The translations under genes were made by a program, and so were the position numbers. The notes below the pieces were generated by a model. The model was given only the letters and a program-made list of their open reading frames with translations. It was not told the origin of the DNA and searched no databases. Shown here one piece after another: positions 55,184-64,000 of a DNA stretch of 64,000 nt (within the stretch, counting starts at the first letter, position 1; every line of letters begins with the position of its first letter). The DNA lies in the NCBI GenBank assembly GCA_037442845.1, contig JBBIPL010000002.1:10370-74369 (forward strand), written 5' to 3'. The stretch is from Hydrogenophilales bacterium (GTDB lineage Bacteria > Pseudomonadota > Gammaproteobacteria > Burkholderiales > Thiobacillaceae).

Positions 55184-57073
55184 ATGCCCCCACCCAATTC
55201 CCTCATCCTCGCCACTGCCGAGCATCTCGGCCGCTTCGCGCCCTTCGACAGCATGGCGCGCGAACACCTGATCTGGCTGGCGGAACGGCTCAAGCTGGCC
55301 TACTACGCCAAGAACGAGGTGCTGCTGTCGCCGGAACACGGCGACGTCAAGCGCCTGGTCATCATCAAGCAGGGCGTCGTGCAGGTGGCGCAGGGCGGCG
55401 CCGGCGGCGCCTGGCTGGAACTGCACGAGGGCGAATCCTTCCCGCTCGGCGCGCTGCTGGGCGGACGCGTGACGATCTCCACCTTCACCGCCCTCAACGA
55501 CGTCTTCACCTACGAGCTGTCGGCCGACGAATTCCGCGAACTGCTGCGCCTCTCCGAGGTATTCCAGGACTTCTGCACGCGCCGCATCGCCGCCCTGCTG
55601 GAGCGCTCGCAGCGCAGCGTGCAGGCGCGCTACGCCGCGACCACGGCGGACCAGCAGTCGCTGCGCAGCCCGTTGTCCAGCATCGCCCGGCGCAAGCCGG
55701 TGACCTGCCGGCCGGACACGCCGCTGCGCGCGGCCCTGGACACCATCCAGGAAAACCGCATCAGCGCCATCGTCGTGGTGGAGGACGACGACCGGCCGGT
55801 GGGCGTGTTCTCGGTGCGCGACCTGATCAGCCGCGTCATCCTGCCCGCCGCCGACCTCGCCACCCCGATGCGCGAGGTGATGACCCCCAACCCGCTCTTT
55901 CTGCCCTCCACCGCCCACGCCTTCGAGGCCGCCATGCTCATGGCGCGGCACGGCATCCGCCACGTGCTGGTGGCGGACGGCGGCCGCCTGACCGGGGTGA
56001 TCTCGGAAAAGGATCTGTTTTCCCTGCAACGCGTGGGCGTCACCCAGATTTCCGCGAGCCTGCGCGGCGCCATGGATCTGGACGCCCTGGTGCGCGCCTC
56101 CGAGGACATCCGCCAGTTGGGCCACAACATGATGGCCCAGGGCGTCGCCGCCGAGCAGCTCACGCAGATTCTGTCCACCCTCAACGACCTGCTCACGCAG
56201 CGCGTCATCGAGCTGGAGTGCTCCGCCACCAAGGGCTGCCGCCATCACTTCTGCTGGCTGGCCTTCGGTTCCGAGGGGCGGCTGGAACAAACCCTGTCCA
56301 CCGACCAGGACAACGGCATCATCTTCACCGTGTCCGAGGGCGAGACGCCGGACCAGGTGCGCGCCAGCCTGCTGCCGCTGGCGGAACGCATCAACCGCGC
56401 CCTGGATGCCTGCGGCTTCCCCCTGTGCAAGGGCGAAATCATGGCGATGAACCCCAGGTGGTGTCTGTCCCTGGACGAATGGAAGACCTGCTTCGCGCGC
56501 TGGATCGATTCCGGCGACCCGGAGTCCCTGCTCAACGCCAGCATCTTCTTCGACTTCCGCCCGCTGCTGGGCCAGGAAAATCTGGCCGAGGAACTACAGA
56601 CCTGGCTTCTCGCGAAAACCGTTGCCAACCCCCGCTTCCTGCACCAGATGGCGGCCAACGCCCTGCGCAACCGGCCGCCTCTGGGCCTGGTGCGCGACTT
56701 TGTGGTGGACGGCGAGGGCGACCAGGCCAATACCCTCGACCTCAAGCTCAACGGCGCCACGCCCTTTGTCGACGCCGCGCGGGTATTCGCCCTGGCCACC
56801 GGCGTCGCCGCCACCGGCACCGCCGCGCGCCTGCGCGCAGCGGCCCCGAAGCTGAATATCCCGGAATCCGAGGTGGAGGCCTGGCTGTCCGCCTTCTTCT
56901 TCATCCAGATGCTGCGGCTGAACGGCCAGCACGAGGAAATGCAGGCCGGCAAGACGATGGACAACCGCATCGACCCGGAAGAACTGAACGACCTGGACCG
57001 CCGCATCCTCAAGGAATCCTTCCGCCAGGCGCGCAAGGTGCAGGCCCGGTTGGCCCTCGACTACAGGGTGTAA
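55184..57073 (+). CDS. cNMP-binding / CBS-pair / DUF294 nucleotidyltransferase-domain protein
   Basis: The N-terminus is cNMP-binding-like (FDSMAREHLIWLAERLKLAYYAKNEVLL...GESFPLGALL). A CBS pair follows. The GFGSEGRLEQTLSTDQDNGIIF motif (GS...DxD nucleotidyltransferase) and a C-terminal DUF294_C-like helical region complete it. Confidence 0.88.
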   Translation: MPPPNSLILATAEHLGRFAPFDSMAREHLIWLAERLKLAYYAKNEVLLSPEHGDVKRLVIIKQGVVQVAQGGAGGAWLELHEGESFPLGALLGGRVTISTFTALNDVFTYELSADEFRELLRLSEVFQDFCTRRIAALLERSQRSVQARYAATTADQQSLRSPLSSIARRKPVTCRPDTPLRAALDTIQENRISAIVVVEDDDRPVGVFSVRDLISRVILPAADLATPMREVMTPNPLFLPSTAHAFEAAMLMARHGIRHVLVADGGRLTGVISEKDLFSLQRVGVTQISASLRGAMDLDALVRASEDIRQLGHNMMAQGVAAEQLTQILSTLNDLLTQRVIELECSATKGCRHHFCWLAFGSEGRLEQTLSTDQDNGIIFTVSEGETPDQVRASLLPLAERINRALDACGFPLCKGEIMAMNPRWCLSLDEWKTCFARWIDSGDPESLLNASIFFDFRPLLGQENLAEELQTWLLAKTVANPRFLHQMAANALRNRPPLGLVRDFVVDGEGDQANTLDLKLNGATPFVDAARVFALATGVAATGTAARLRAAAPKLNIPESEVEAWLSAFFFIQMLRLNGQHEEMQAGKTMDNRIDPEELNDLDRRILKESFRQARKVQARLALDYRV

Positions 57074-57076
57074 GCC

Positions 57077-57781
57077 ATGGGCCTGTTCGATCGCCTGTTC
57101 GGCCGCCGGCTCCAGCTCGAACCCGACCTCGCCGGCCGGCTGGAGGCCTGGCGCGGGCTCGCCGAGGCCGATCTTTCCGCGGACTTCGACGCCGCCCGCT
57201 ATGTCGTGGTGGACGTGGAAACCACCGGCCTCGACCTGGCGCGCGACCGGCTCATCGCCATCGGCGCCTGCGCGGTGGAAAACGGCGAGGTGGTGATGGC
57301 CGACAGCTTCGAGATCGTGCTGCGCCAGGACCGCATCAGCGCCAAGGACAACATCCTCATCCACGGCATCGGCGGCGAGGCCCAGCGCGAGGGCCTGGAA
57401 CCGGCGCAGGCGCTGCTGCGCTTCCTCGATTTCCTGGGCAAGTCGCCGCTGGTGGCCTTCCACGTCACCTTCGACCAGACCATGATCAAACGCGCGGTCA
57501 AGGAATACCTCGGCTTCGAGTTCAAGCACCCCTGGCTGGATCTGGCCTACGTCATGCCCGGCCTGCTGCCGCAGTACGCGCAGCGCTACCGCGCCCTCGA
57601 CGACTGGTCCAACCACTTCGAGATCAGCAATTTCGCGCGCCACAGCGCGCTCGCCGACGCCCTCGCCACCGCCCAGTTGTTCCTCTGCGCGCTGTCGCTG
57701 GCGCGCGACAAGCAGTCCTCCTGCTACCGCAATCTGCAGGATCTCGAGAAAGCGCAGCGCTGGGTGAACTGGACCGGCTGA
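57077..57781 (+). CDS. DEDDh 3'-5' exonuclease (DnaQ/epsilon-like)
   Basis: ExoI VVVDVETTGLD, ExoII AFHVTFDQTMI, ExoIII HSALADALATAQL. It begins 4 nt after the DUF294 gene. Confidence 0.88.
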   Translation: MGLFDRLFGRRLQLEPDLAGRLEAWRGLAEADLSADFDAARYVVVDVETTGLDLARDRLIAIGACAVENGEVVMADSFEIVLRQDRISAKDNILIHGIGGEAQREGLEPAQALLRFLDFLGKSPLVAFHVTFDQTMIKRAVKEYLGFEFKHPWLDLAYVMPGLLPQYAQRYRALDDWSNHFEISNFARHSALADALATAQLFLCALSLARDKQSSCYRNLQDLEKAQRWVNWTG

Positions 57782-57987
57782 CGCCGGCCTGCGCAGGCGA
57801 TGATGCGGCGCAAAATTAGCACTTACTAATCAAGGACTTATTTCTCCCCAGGCTGGCTTGATCGCGCCGCGTTCCGGCTATACTCCGTCGGCCGCTGCGT
57901 GGCTGTCTGCGCGCGGGTCTGGGGAGGAGGGTCCGTTCACGCGGGCTTTCCAGACAGTGCCAGCTTGTTTCCAAATGGAGGAGCGCA

Positions 57988-58251
57988 ATGCAACTGACGG
58001 ACAAGCATCGTGAGTATTGGCGCAAGAATCTGCGGCTGACCGCGGTTCTGCTCGCCATCTGGTTCGCAGTGACCTTCGTCGTGATCTGGTTCGCCAAGGA
58101 ACTCAACGAAATCGTCATCGCTGGATTTCCCTTCGCCTTCTACATGGGCGCCCAGGGAGCTTTGATCATCTACGTCATCGTCATCTGGTTCTACGCGAAG
58201 AAGATGAACCAGATGGACAAGGACTATGGCGTCCACGAAGGGGAGGACTGA
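57988..58251 (+). CDS. DUF4212 small membrane subunit of a solute:sodium symporter
   Basis: ...HREYWRKNLRLTAVLLAIWFAVTFVV...GFPFAFYMGAQGALIIYVIVIWFYAKKMN... Confidence 0.88.
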   Translation: MQLTDKHREYWRKNLRLTAVLLAIWFAVTFVVIWFAKELNEIVIAGFPFAFYMGAQGALIIYVIVIWFYAKKMNQMDKDYGVHEGED

Positions 58252-58252
58252 C

Positions 58253-60436
58253 ATGGCGACCGCGGCGACTTCCAACAAGGCCTTCCTCAATCAGTTGAAG
58301 AAGTACTACGGTTTCTACACCGGCGGCTTCATCGCCTTCGTCATCGTCCTGGCCATCCTGGAACAGATGGGTCTGCCGCCCAAGTGGATCGGCTATATCT
58401 TCCTGGCGGCCACCATCGGCCTGTATGCCGGCATCGGCATCATGTCGAAGACCGCCGAGGTGTCGGAGTACTACGTCGCCGGACGCCGCGTGCCCGCGCT
58501 GTTCAACGGCATGGCCACCGGCGCCGACTGGATGTCGGCGGCGTCCTTCATCGGCATGGCGGGTACCCTGTACCTGACCGGCTATGACGGCCTCGCCTTC
58601 GTCATGGGCTGGACCGGCGGCTACGTGCTGGTGGCGCTGTTCCTGGCGCCCTACCTGCGCAAGTTCGGCCAGTTCACCATTCCCGACTTCCTGGGCGCCC
58701 GCTACGGCGGCAACCTGCCCCGGACCCTGGGTGTCATCGCCGCCATCATCTGCTCCTTCGTCTACGTGGTGGCGCAGATCTACGGCGTCGGCCTGATCAC
58801 CAGCCGCTTCACCGGCCTGGAGTTCCAGGTGGGCGTGTTCGTCGGTCTCGCCGGCATCCTGGTGTGTTCCTTCCTCGGCGGCATGCGCGCGGTGACCTGG
58901 ACCCAGGTGGCCCAGTACATCATCCTGATCATCGCCTACATGATCCCGGTGGTCTGGCTGTCGGTAAAAATCACCGGCAACCCGATCCCGCAGATCGCCT
59001 ACGGCGGCGTGCTGCAGCAGGTCACCGCCCTGGAGAAGGATCTGAACGATCCGGATACCCCCAAGGGCGCGGCCGAAGCCACCGTGCGCGCGATCCACAA
59101 GGAGAAGGCCGCGGAGATGGGCGACAAGCTCAAGGCCCTGGACGAAGCGGTGAAGGCCGGCAACGGCGCCGCCTTCCACGCCGAGCAGAAGGCCAAGGCG
59201 GAACAGAAGGTCGCCGACCTGAAGGCCGCGCCCGAGCCGGACGCCAAGGCCATCGCCGCCGCCGAGAAGGCCGTCAAGGACTTCCCGCCCAACGTCGAAG
59301 CACTGAAGGCAAGCTGGAAGAAGGCCGAAACCGGCGCCAAGGGCAAGGCCGGTCCGGTCGCGGGCCACGCCACCGCCTTCTCCGGCAAGGGCGCCGAGGC
59401 GAAACTGATGAAGGAAAACCCGAACGCCACGCCGGAGGAAATCGCCAAGGCCAAGGCCGAGGACAAGAAGGCCTCCGACACCAAGCGGCTCAACTTCATC
59501 ACCCTGGTGCTGTGCCTGATGGTGGGTACCGCTTCCCTGCCCCACATCCTGATGCGCTACTACACCACCCCCTCGGTGCGTGAGGCGCGCGTTTCCGTGT
59601 TCTGGTCGCTGTTCTTCATCTTCCTGCTGTACTTCACCGCCCCCGCCCTGGCCGTGCTGGTGAAGTTCGAGGTGTACAACAACCTCGTGGGCTCGTCGTT
59701 CGCCACGCTGCCGGCCTGGGTCTCCAACTGGTCGGCGGTGGACGCGACGCTGATGAAGATCGTCGACATGAACAAGGACGGCCTCATCCAGTTGGCGGAA
59801 ATCACCCTCGGCGGCGACCTGATCGTGCTGGCCACGCCGGAGATCGCCGGGTTGCCCTACGTGATTTCGGGCATGGTCGCCGCCGGCGGTCTGGCCGCCG
59901 CGCTGTCCACCGCCGACGGTCTGCTGCTGACCATGTCCAACGCCCTGTCGCACGACGTGTACTACAAGATGATCGATCCCAACGCGTCCACCGTGCGCCG
60001 CATCACCATCTCCAAGACTCTGCTCCTGGTGGTGGCCCTGTGCGCGGCCTACGTGACCTCGCTGAAGCCGGGCGACATCCTGTTCCTGGTGGGTGCGGCC
60101 TTCTCGCTGGCCGCGTCGGCGTTCTTCCCATCCCTGGTCCTCGGGGTGTTCTGGAAGCGCGCCAACTACCTGGGCGCCGTCATCGGCATGATCACCGGCC
60201 TGGCCGTGTGCATGTACTACATGTTCACCACCTACGACTTCTTCGGCGGCTCGGCGGCCAACGAGTGGTTCGGCATCAAGCCCATCTCCGCCGGTATCTT
60301 CGGCATGCCCGCCGGCTTCCTGGGCGTGATCCTAGGCTCCCTGATTTCCCCGGCCCCGTCCAAGGAAATCCAGGAACTGGTCGACCACGTGCGTTACCCC
60401 AGCCTGGAAGGCGACATCGAGACCAAGGCGGCATAA
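58253..60436 (+). CDS. Solute:sodium symporter family permease (ActP-related, DUF4212-partnered subfamily) with a long hydrophilic insert
   Basis: SSF motifs (YYVAGRRVPALFNGMATGADWMSAASFIGMAG...). The start is 1 nt after the DUF4212 stop. 727 aa. Confidence 0.92.
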   Translation: MATAATSNKAFLNQLKKYYGFYTGGFIAFVIVLAILEQMGLPPKWIGYIFLAATIGLYAGIGIMSKTAEVSEYYVAGRRVPALFNGMATGADWMSAASFIGMAGTLYLTGYDGLAFVMGWTGGYVLVALFLAPYLRKFGQFTIPDFLGARYGGNLPRTLGVIAAIICSFVYVVAQIYGVGLITSRFTGLEFQVGVFVGLAGILVCSFLGGMRAVTWTQVAQYIILIIAYMIPVVWLSVKITGNPIPQIAYGGVLQQVTALEKDLNDPDTPKGAAEATVRAIHKEKAAEMGDKLKALDEAVKAGNGAAFHAEQKAKAEQKVADLKAAPEPDAKAIAAAEKAVKDFPPNVEALKASWKKAETGAKGKAGPVAGHATAFSGKGAEAKLMKENPNATPEEIAKAKAEDKKASDTKRLNFITLVLCLMVGTASLPHILMRYYTTPSVREARVSVFWSLFFIFLLYFTAPALAVLVKFEVYNNLVGSSFATLPAWVSNWSAVDATLMKIVDMNKDGLIQLAEITLGGDLIVLATPEIAGLPYVISGMVAAGGLAAALSTADGLLLTMSNALSHDVYYKMIDPNASTVRRITISKTLLLVVALCAAYVTSLKPGDILFLVGAAFSLAASAFFPSLVLGVFWKRANYLGAVIGMITGLAVCMYYMFTTYDFFGGSAANEWFGIKPISAGIFGMPAGFLGVILGSLISPAPSKEIQELVDHVRYPSLEGDIETKAA

Positions 60437-60450
60437 GCCCCTCGGCGTTC

Positions 60451-60513
60451 CCACCCCGGCCTGCCGGGGTGGTCCGCAAAAGACAAGGCCCGCATCCGCG
60501 GGCCTTGTCTTTT
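60451..60513. terminator. Bidirectional rho-independent terminator (two hairpins) between the convergent symporter and TPR genes
   Basis: CCACCCCGG-cctg-CCGGGGTGG (60451-60472). Then AAAA-GACAAGGCCCGC-atcc-GCGGGCCTTGTC-TTTT (60478-60513). Confidence 0.8.
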
Positions 60514-60527
60514 GGGGGAAGCGCGGC

Positions 60528-61121
60528 TCAGCGCCCGGGCAGATGGGCCACCAGATCCTGCAGGTCGCTGCGTTGCGCGTCGTGGATCAGGCGCTTCGCG
60601 GTCTGCGGCTCGTAGTCCACCAGATGGCGGATGACGGCCTCCACCTTGTCCGGCTGGTTGTTGTGATAGCGGGCCATGCCCAGGGCATACCAGGCCACCC
60701 CGTTCATCGGCTGCAAGGTCGCCGCCTGTTCCAGGGCCTCGGCGGCGGCGGCGTGGTCGCCCTGGTGGGCGTGCATCATGCCGATGCCGTACCAGGCCAG
60801 GTCGTGCTTGGGGTTCAACTCGACGGCGCGGCGCAGGGCCGCCAGGCCGCCCTCCGTGTTGCCAAGTTGCTCGCGCGCGTACCCCAGGTTGTACCAGGTG
60901 TCGGCATGCTCCGGCTCCAGCGCCAGGGCCTTGTCGAACCAGTCCGCCGCCGCCGCCCAGCGCTTCTTCTGCGCGTGGATCCAGGCGATGCTGCGCGCCG
61001 CGCGGACGTCGCGCGGATTCGCGCGAAAACTTTCGGCATAGGCTTCCGCGGACTTGTCCGGCATGCGCAGCCAGTCGAAGACGATGGCGCGCAGGGTGTA
61101 ACGGAAATGATCGAAGTTCAT
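60528..61121 (-). CDS. Tetratricopeptide-repeat protein (197 aa)
   Basis: Start MNFDHFRY. At least three canonical TPRs (WFDKALALEPEHADTWYNLGYAREQLGN..., ALRRAVELNPKHDLAWYGIGMMH..., ALEQAATLQPMNGVAWYALGMARY). Confidence 0.8.
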   Translation of the reverse strand: MNFDHFRYTLRAIVFDWLRMPDKSAEAYAESFRANPRDVRAARSIAWIHAQKKRWAAAADWFDKALALEPEHADTWYNLGYAREQLGNTEGGLAALRRAVELNPKHDLAWYGIGMMHAHQGDHAAAAEALEQAATLQPMNGVAWYALGMARYHNNQPDKVEAVIRHLVDYEPQTAKRLIHDAQRSDLQDLVAHLPGR

Positions 61122-61209
61122 GGCGGCGGACGGAAGCGCGATTTTCCCGGCGGCGGCGGCGGCCGGCAAGATAAAATCCGCACTTCCACCGACCCGATCC
61201 GCCCCATCC

Positions 61210-61509
61210 ATGCCCCTCGATCTCCTGCTGGTGTCCATCCTGCGCGTCCTCGTGGAGGTCGCCGGCTTCGCCCTGCTGGGCCAGGGTGTGCTCGCCCTGC
61301 TGGCGGGCAAATACCGCCAGCAGAACATCTTCTACAAGGTCCTGCAGGCGGTCACCGCGCCGGCGGTCAAGGCGACGCGCTTCATCCTGCCGCGCTTCAT
61401 CATCGATGCGCACGTGCCCCTGATCGCCTTCTTCCTGCTGTTCTGGCTGTGGATCGTGCTGGCCGTGGCCAAACGCCATCTCTGCGGGCTGCATGGACTC
61501 GCCTGCTGA
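61210..61509 (+). CDS. Small hypothetical membrane protein (~99 aa)
   Basis: MPLDLLLVSILRVLVEVAGFALLGQGVLALLAG... and a second TM, PLIAFFLLFWLWIVLAVA. The start is chosen at the internal Met of ORF 61120..61509. Confidence 0.45.
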   Translation: MPLDLLLVSILRVLVEVAGFALLGQGVLALLAGKYRQQNIFYKVLQAVTAPAVKATRFILPRFIIDAHVPLIAFFLLFWLWIVLAVAKRHLCGLHGLAC

Positions 61510-63136
61510 AATAGGCTCCAAGCGCAGCGCCCCTGCGGAAACCTCGTTCGCGATCTCCTGGAAGGTCCTGCTCGCCTACGGCATCGGCAGCATGGCGCTG
61601 GACGCGCTCAGCAACCCGCAGACCATCCTGCCCCTGGCCCTGGCGCCGTGGACGCCGCCGCCGGGCCTGACGCTGGCCTTCCTGCTGCTGTATGGCCTGC
61701 ATTACGCGCCCTTCCTCATCGTCGTCACCTTCCTCGCCGGCATGCCCCTCTATGGCCTGCCTGCCGAATGGCTGCCGGTGCTGTGGGCCGCCACCCTGCT
61801 CATGCTCGGCCTGATGGCGCTGGCGGCCTGGCTGCTGCGCGGTTTGCGCTTCGATCCGCGGCTCTCCAGCCAGCGCGACCTGTCCTGGTTCCTGCTGGTG
61901 GCGGTGCTGGCGGCCTGGCTGGATTCCGGCGTGCACGTGTTCTCGCGCAGCCCGGAGGCGGCCCCCGACGTCCTGGCCTGGCTGGCCGATCTGGTCAACT
62001 ACTGGGTGGGCGCGCTTATCCGCCTGCTGGTCATCGCTCCCCTGGTGCTGGTGCACGCGCGCGACGACTGGAACGCCTTCCGCCCGGAACGCGAGATGGT
62101 GTTGCAGGCTCTGGCCATCGCCCTCGCCCTGTGGGTGATCTTCGCCCTCAAGTACACCGACGAGTTCAAGTTCTTCTATCTTTTGTTCCTGCCCCTGATC
62201 TGGACCGCCATGCGCTACGGCATCCAGGGCGCCACCGTGGCGCTCGCCGCCTGCCACATCGGCATCAACGCCATCCTCGAATGGCGCGGCCTGCAAGTGG
62301 TGACGGTGGTGGAATTCCAGATGCTCATGCTCGGCCTGGCGGTGACCGGCCTGTTCCTGGGGCTGGCGGTCAGCACCCGGCGCGCCGCCGAGGAACGCCT
62401 GCTGCAGCGCGAGGCCGAGCTCAACCAGGCCATGCGCCTGGCGGCGGCGGGCGAAATGGCGCAGGCCATCGCACACGAACTCAACCAGCCGCTGGTGGCG
62501 GTGGCCAACTACGCGCGCGCCGGCCGCAGCATGCTGGAAAACCCCGCGCGCCATGCCGAACTGCTCGCCGACACCCTGGACAAGATCGACCGCGAAGCCA
62601 ATCGCGCCGGTCGCGTCATGCGCCGGCTGCGCGAGTTCTTTCGCGGCGGCGGCCTGCGCCCCGAGAGCTTCACCGCCCAGGCCCTGGTGGAGGAGAGCCT
62701 GGCGCACGTGCGCCGGCGCACCGAGCGCCAGGGCATCGCCGTGCAGACCCACTTCGAACCCGGGTTGCCGCGCCTCTACGCCGACCGCGTGCAGATGGGC
62801 ACCGTGCTGCACAACCTGCTGGCCAACGCGGTGGAGTCCCTCGGCGAACAGCCCAGCCTGTGGCGCGACATCAAGATCGAGGTGACGCGGCAGGGCGCCG
62901 ACCAGGTCCGTATCTGCGTCGCCGACAACGGCCCAGGCGTGCGCGCGGACATGGAGGACAAGCTGTTCGAATCCTTCGCCACCAGCAAGACCGAGGGCAT
63001 GGGCCTCGGCCTGGCCATCAGCCGCACCCTGGTGGAGGCCCACGGCGGCCGGCTGTGGCTGGACCGCGCCCGCCCCGCCCGCTTCTGTTTCACCCTGCCG
63101 ACGGAGGCCGCCGAGCCTTCCAGCGCCGATTCTTAG
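61493..63136 (+). CDS. Membrane sensor histidine kinase (MASE1-like N-terminal domain; HisKA + HATPase_c)
   Basis: About 8 TM segments, then the H-box [16 protein letters not shown]-box [12 protein letters not shown]1 VADNGPGV, G2 [15 protein letters not shown]. No response regulator is adjacent. Confidence 0.85.
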   Translation: MDSPAEIGSKRSAPAETSFAISWKVLLAYGIGSMALDALSNPQTILPLALAPWTPPPGLTLAFLLLYGLHYAPFLIVVTFLAGMPLYGLPAEWLPVLWAATLLMLGLMALAAWLLRGLRFDPRLSSQRDLSWFLLVAVLAAWLDSGVHVFSRSPEAAPDVLAWLADLVNYWVGALIRLLVIAPLVLVHARDDWNAFRPEREMVLQALAIALALWVIFALKYTDEFKFFYLLFLPLIWTAMRYGIQGATVALAACHIGINAILEWRGLQVVTVVEFQMLMLGLAVTGLFLGLAVSTRRAAEERLLQREAELNQAMRLAAAGEMAQAIAHELNQPLVAVANYARAGRSMLENPARHAELLADTLDKIDREANRAGRVMRRLREFFRGGGLRPESFTAQALVEESLAHVRRRTERQGIAVQTHFEPGLPRLYADRVQMGTVLHNLLANAVESLGEQPSLWRDIKIEVTRQGADQVRICVADNGPGVRADMEDKLFESFATSKTEGMGLGLAISRTLVEAHGGRLWLDRARPARFCFTLPTEAAEPSSADS

Positions 63137-63155
63137 TCCTCTCCCGGAGCACGCC

Positions 63156-64000
63156 ATGCCCGTCAATTTGTCCGCCCCCGATCCCCACTCCCTGTTGCCC
63201 GTTCCCGGTGTCGAGCTGGGCATCGCCAGCGCCGGCATCAAGAAGCCCGGCCGCCGCGATGTGCTGGTGATGCGCCTCGCCGCCGACTCGGAAGTCGTCG
63301 GCGTGTTCACGCAGAACCGCTTCTGCGCAGCCCCGGTCATCGTCTGCAAGGAACACCTGCATAACGAGAAAGGCATCCGCGCCCTGCTGGTCAACACCGG
63401 CAACGCCAACGCCGGCACCGGCGCCGAGGGCCTCGCCCGCGCCCGCGAGACCTGCGCCGCCGTCGCCTCCGAGCTGGGCATCCTGCCGGAACAGGTGCTG
63501 CCCTTCTCCACCGGCGTCATCCTGGAACCCCTGCCGGTGGGCAAGCTGATCAACGCCCTGCCCGCCGCCATCGCCGACCTCAAGCCCGCCAACTGGGCCG
63601 CCGCCGCCGAGGCCATCATGACCACCGACATCGTCGCCAAGGCGGCCAGCCGCAAGGTGGCGCTCGACGGCGTCGAGTTCGCGGTGACCGGCATCGCCAA
63701 GGGCTCCGGCATGATCCACCCGAACATGGCCACCATGCTGTCCTTCCTCGCCACCGACGCGCCGGTGTCCTGCGAGGCCCTGGAAGCCATGCTGCGCCAC
63801 GCCGTGAACCGGTCCTTCAACTGCATCAGCGTCGACGGCGACACCTCCACCAACGATTCCTGCATCCTCATCGCCACCGGCAGCACGCCCGCCCCGGTGA
63901 TCATGGATGACGGCGATCCCCGCTTCGCCAGCCTGCAAGCCGCCATCACCGAGGTCATGGTCGAGCTTGCGCAGGCCATCGTGCGCGACGGCGAGGGCGC
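63156..64000 (+). CDS. argJ: Bifunctional glutamate N-acetyltransferase/amino-acid acetyltransferase ArgJ, 3' end cut by the window edge
   Basis: My own translation gives [39 protein letters not shown]...[24 protein letters not shown], which contains the autoprocessing site. It is absent from the ORF track because there is no stop in the window. Confidence 0.9.
   Translation, partial: MPVNLSAPDPHSLLPVPGVELGIASAGIKKPGRRDVLVMRLAADSEVVGVFTQNRFCAAPVIVCKEHLHNEKGIRALLVNTGNANAGTGAEGLARARETCAAVASELGILPEQVLPFSTGVILEPLPVGKLINALPAAIADLKPANWAAAAEAIMTTDIVAKAASRKVALDGVEFAVTGIAKGSGMIHPNMATMLSFLATDAPVSCEALEAMLRHAVNRSFNCISVDGDTSTNDSCILIATGSTPAPVIMDDGDPRFASLQAAITEVMVELAQAIVRDGEG

Noticed and set aside
61400-63979. 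859-aa minus-strand ORF spanning the histidine kinase and argJ, and similar giants: 40403..42985(+), 55168..57819(+), 47030..49468(-), 17566..19242(-), 22469..24058(-), 6207..7484(-), 37788..39965(+), 40878..42920(-).
   Set aside because: They are antisense or alternate-frame to genes with unmistakable family motifs. Their translations are Arg/Gly/Pro/Ala-rich low-complexity strings typical of stop-codon-poor off-frames in high-GC DNA. No motifs were recognised.

Overview
This is a 64 kb, high-GC (roughly two-thirds G+C by eye) chromosomal segment. Gene content and order suggest a betaproteobacterium: metK-ahcY with an SAH riboswitch, miaB-phoH-ybeY-corC, slmA, ctpA-envC-gpmI facing rhodanese-grxC-secB-gpsA, and polA with DUF2782/LOG neighbours. 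That taxonomic call is an inference. All calls come from reading the supplied translations, my own translation of regions missing from the ORF track, and recalled family motifs. No database search or alignment was run.

Most of the window is housekeeping. It holds a polar-flagellum export and regulation block (flhB-flhA-flhF-flhG-fliA-motA-motB, minus strand), Moco genes (moaD, mobB, moaA, and moaE 29 kb away), one tRNA(CAU) and no rRNA or CRISPR.

Four accessory or unusual regions stand out:
1. A 6.7 kb module sits inside the otherwise conserved gpmI / rhodanese junction. It contains a two-Cys ArsR-family regulator, a sigma-54-type promoter, a TolC-MFP-RND pump and a DUF2892 protein. I consider this the best candidate for an undescribed, possibly sulfide/persulfide-linked, efflux system.
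2. A low-GC islet next to the tRNA carries a RES-Xre toxin-antitoxin pair and a recombinase remnant.
3. A decayed defence-type islet lies after polA: a Ycf46-like AAA+ ATPase, a gutted type III restriction gene, VapBC, a field of REP-like palindromes and two-component-system debris.
4. An intergenic spacer holds two back-to-back heptanucleotide tandem arrays with G-quadruplex potential.

Other points of note:
- A large PilZ-motif protein is convergent with the stator genes.
- The FlhG homologue has a destroyed Walker A motif.
- hslU has no adjacent hslV.
- A TIR-bounded palindromic G/C element lies in-frame in the polA linker.
- A conserved but uncharacterised cNMP/CBS/DUF294 plus exonuclease pair has a truncated paralogue elsewhere in the window.

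Many very long ORFs in the track are antisense or alternate-frame artefacts of the high GC content and were not called.
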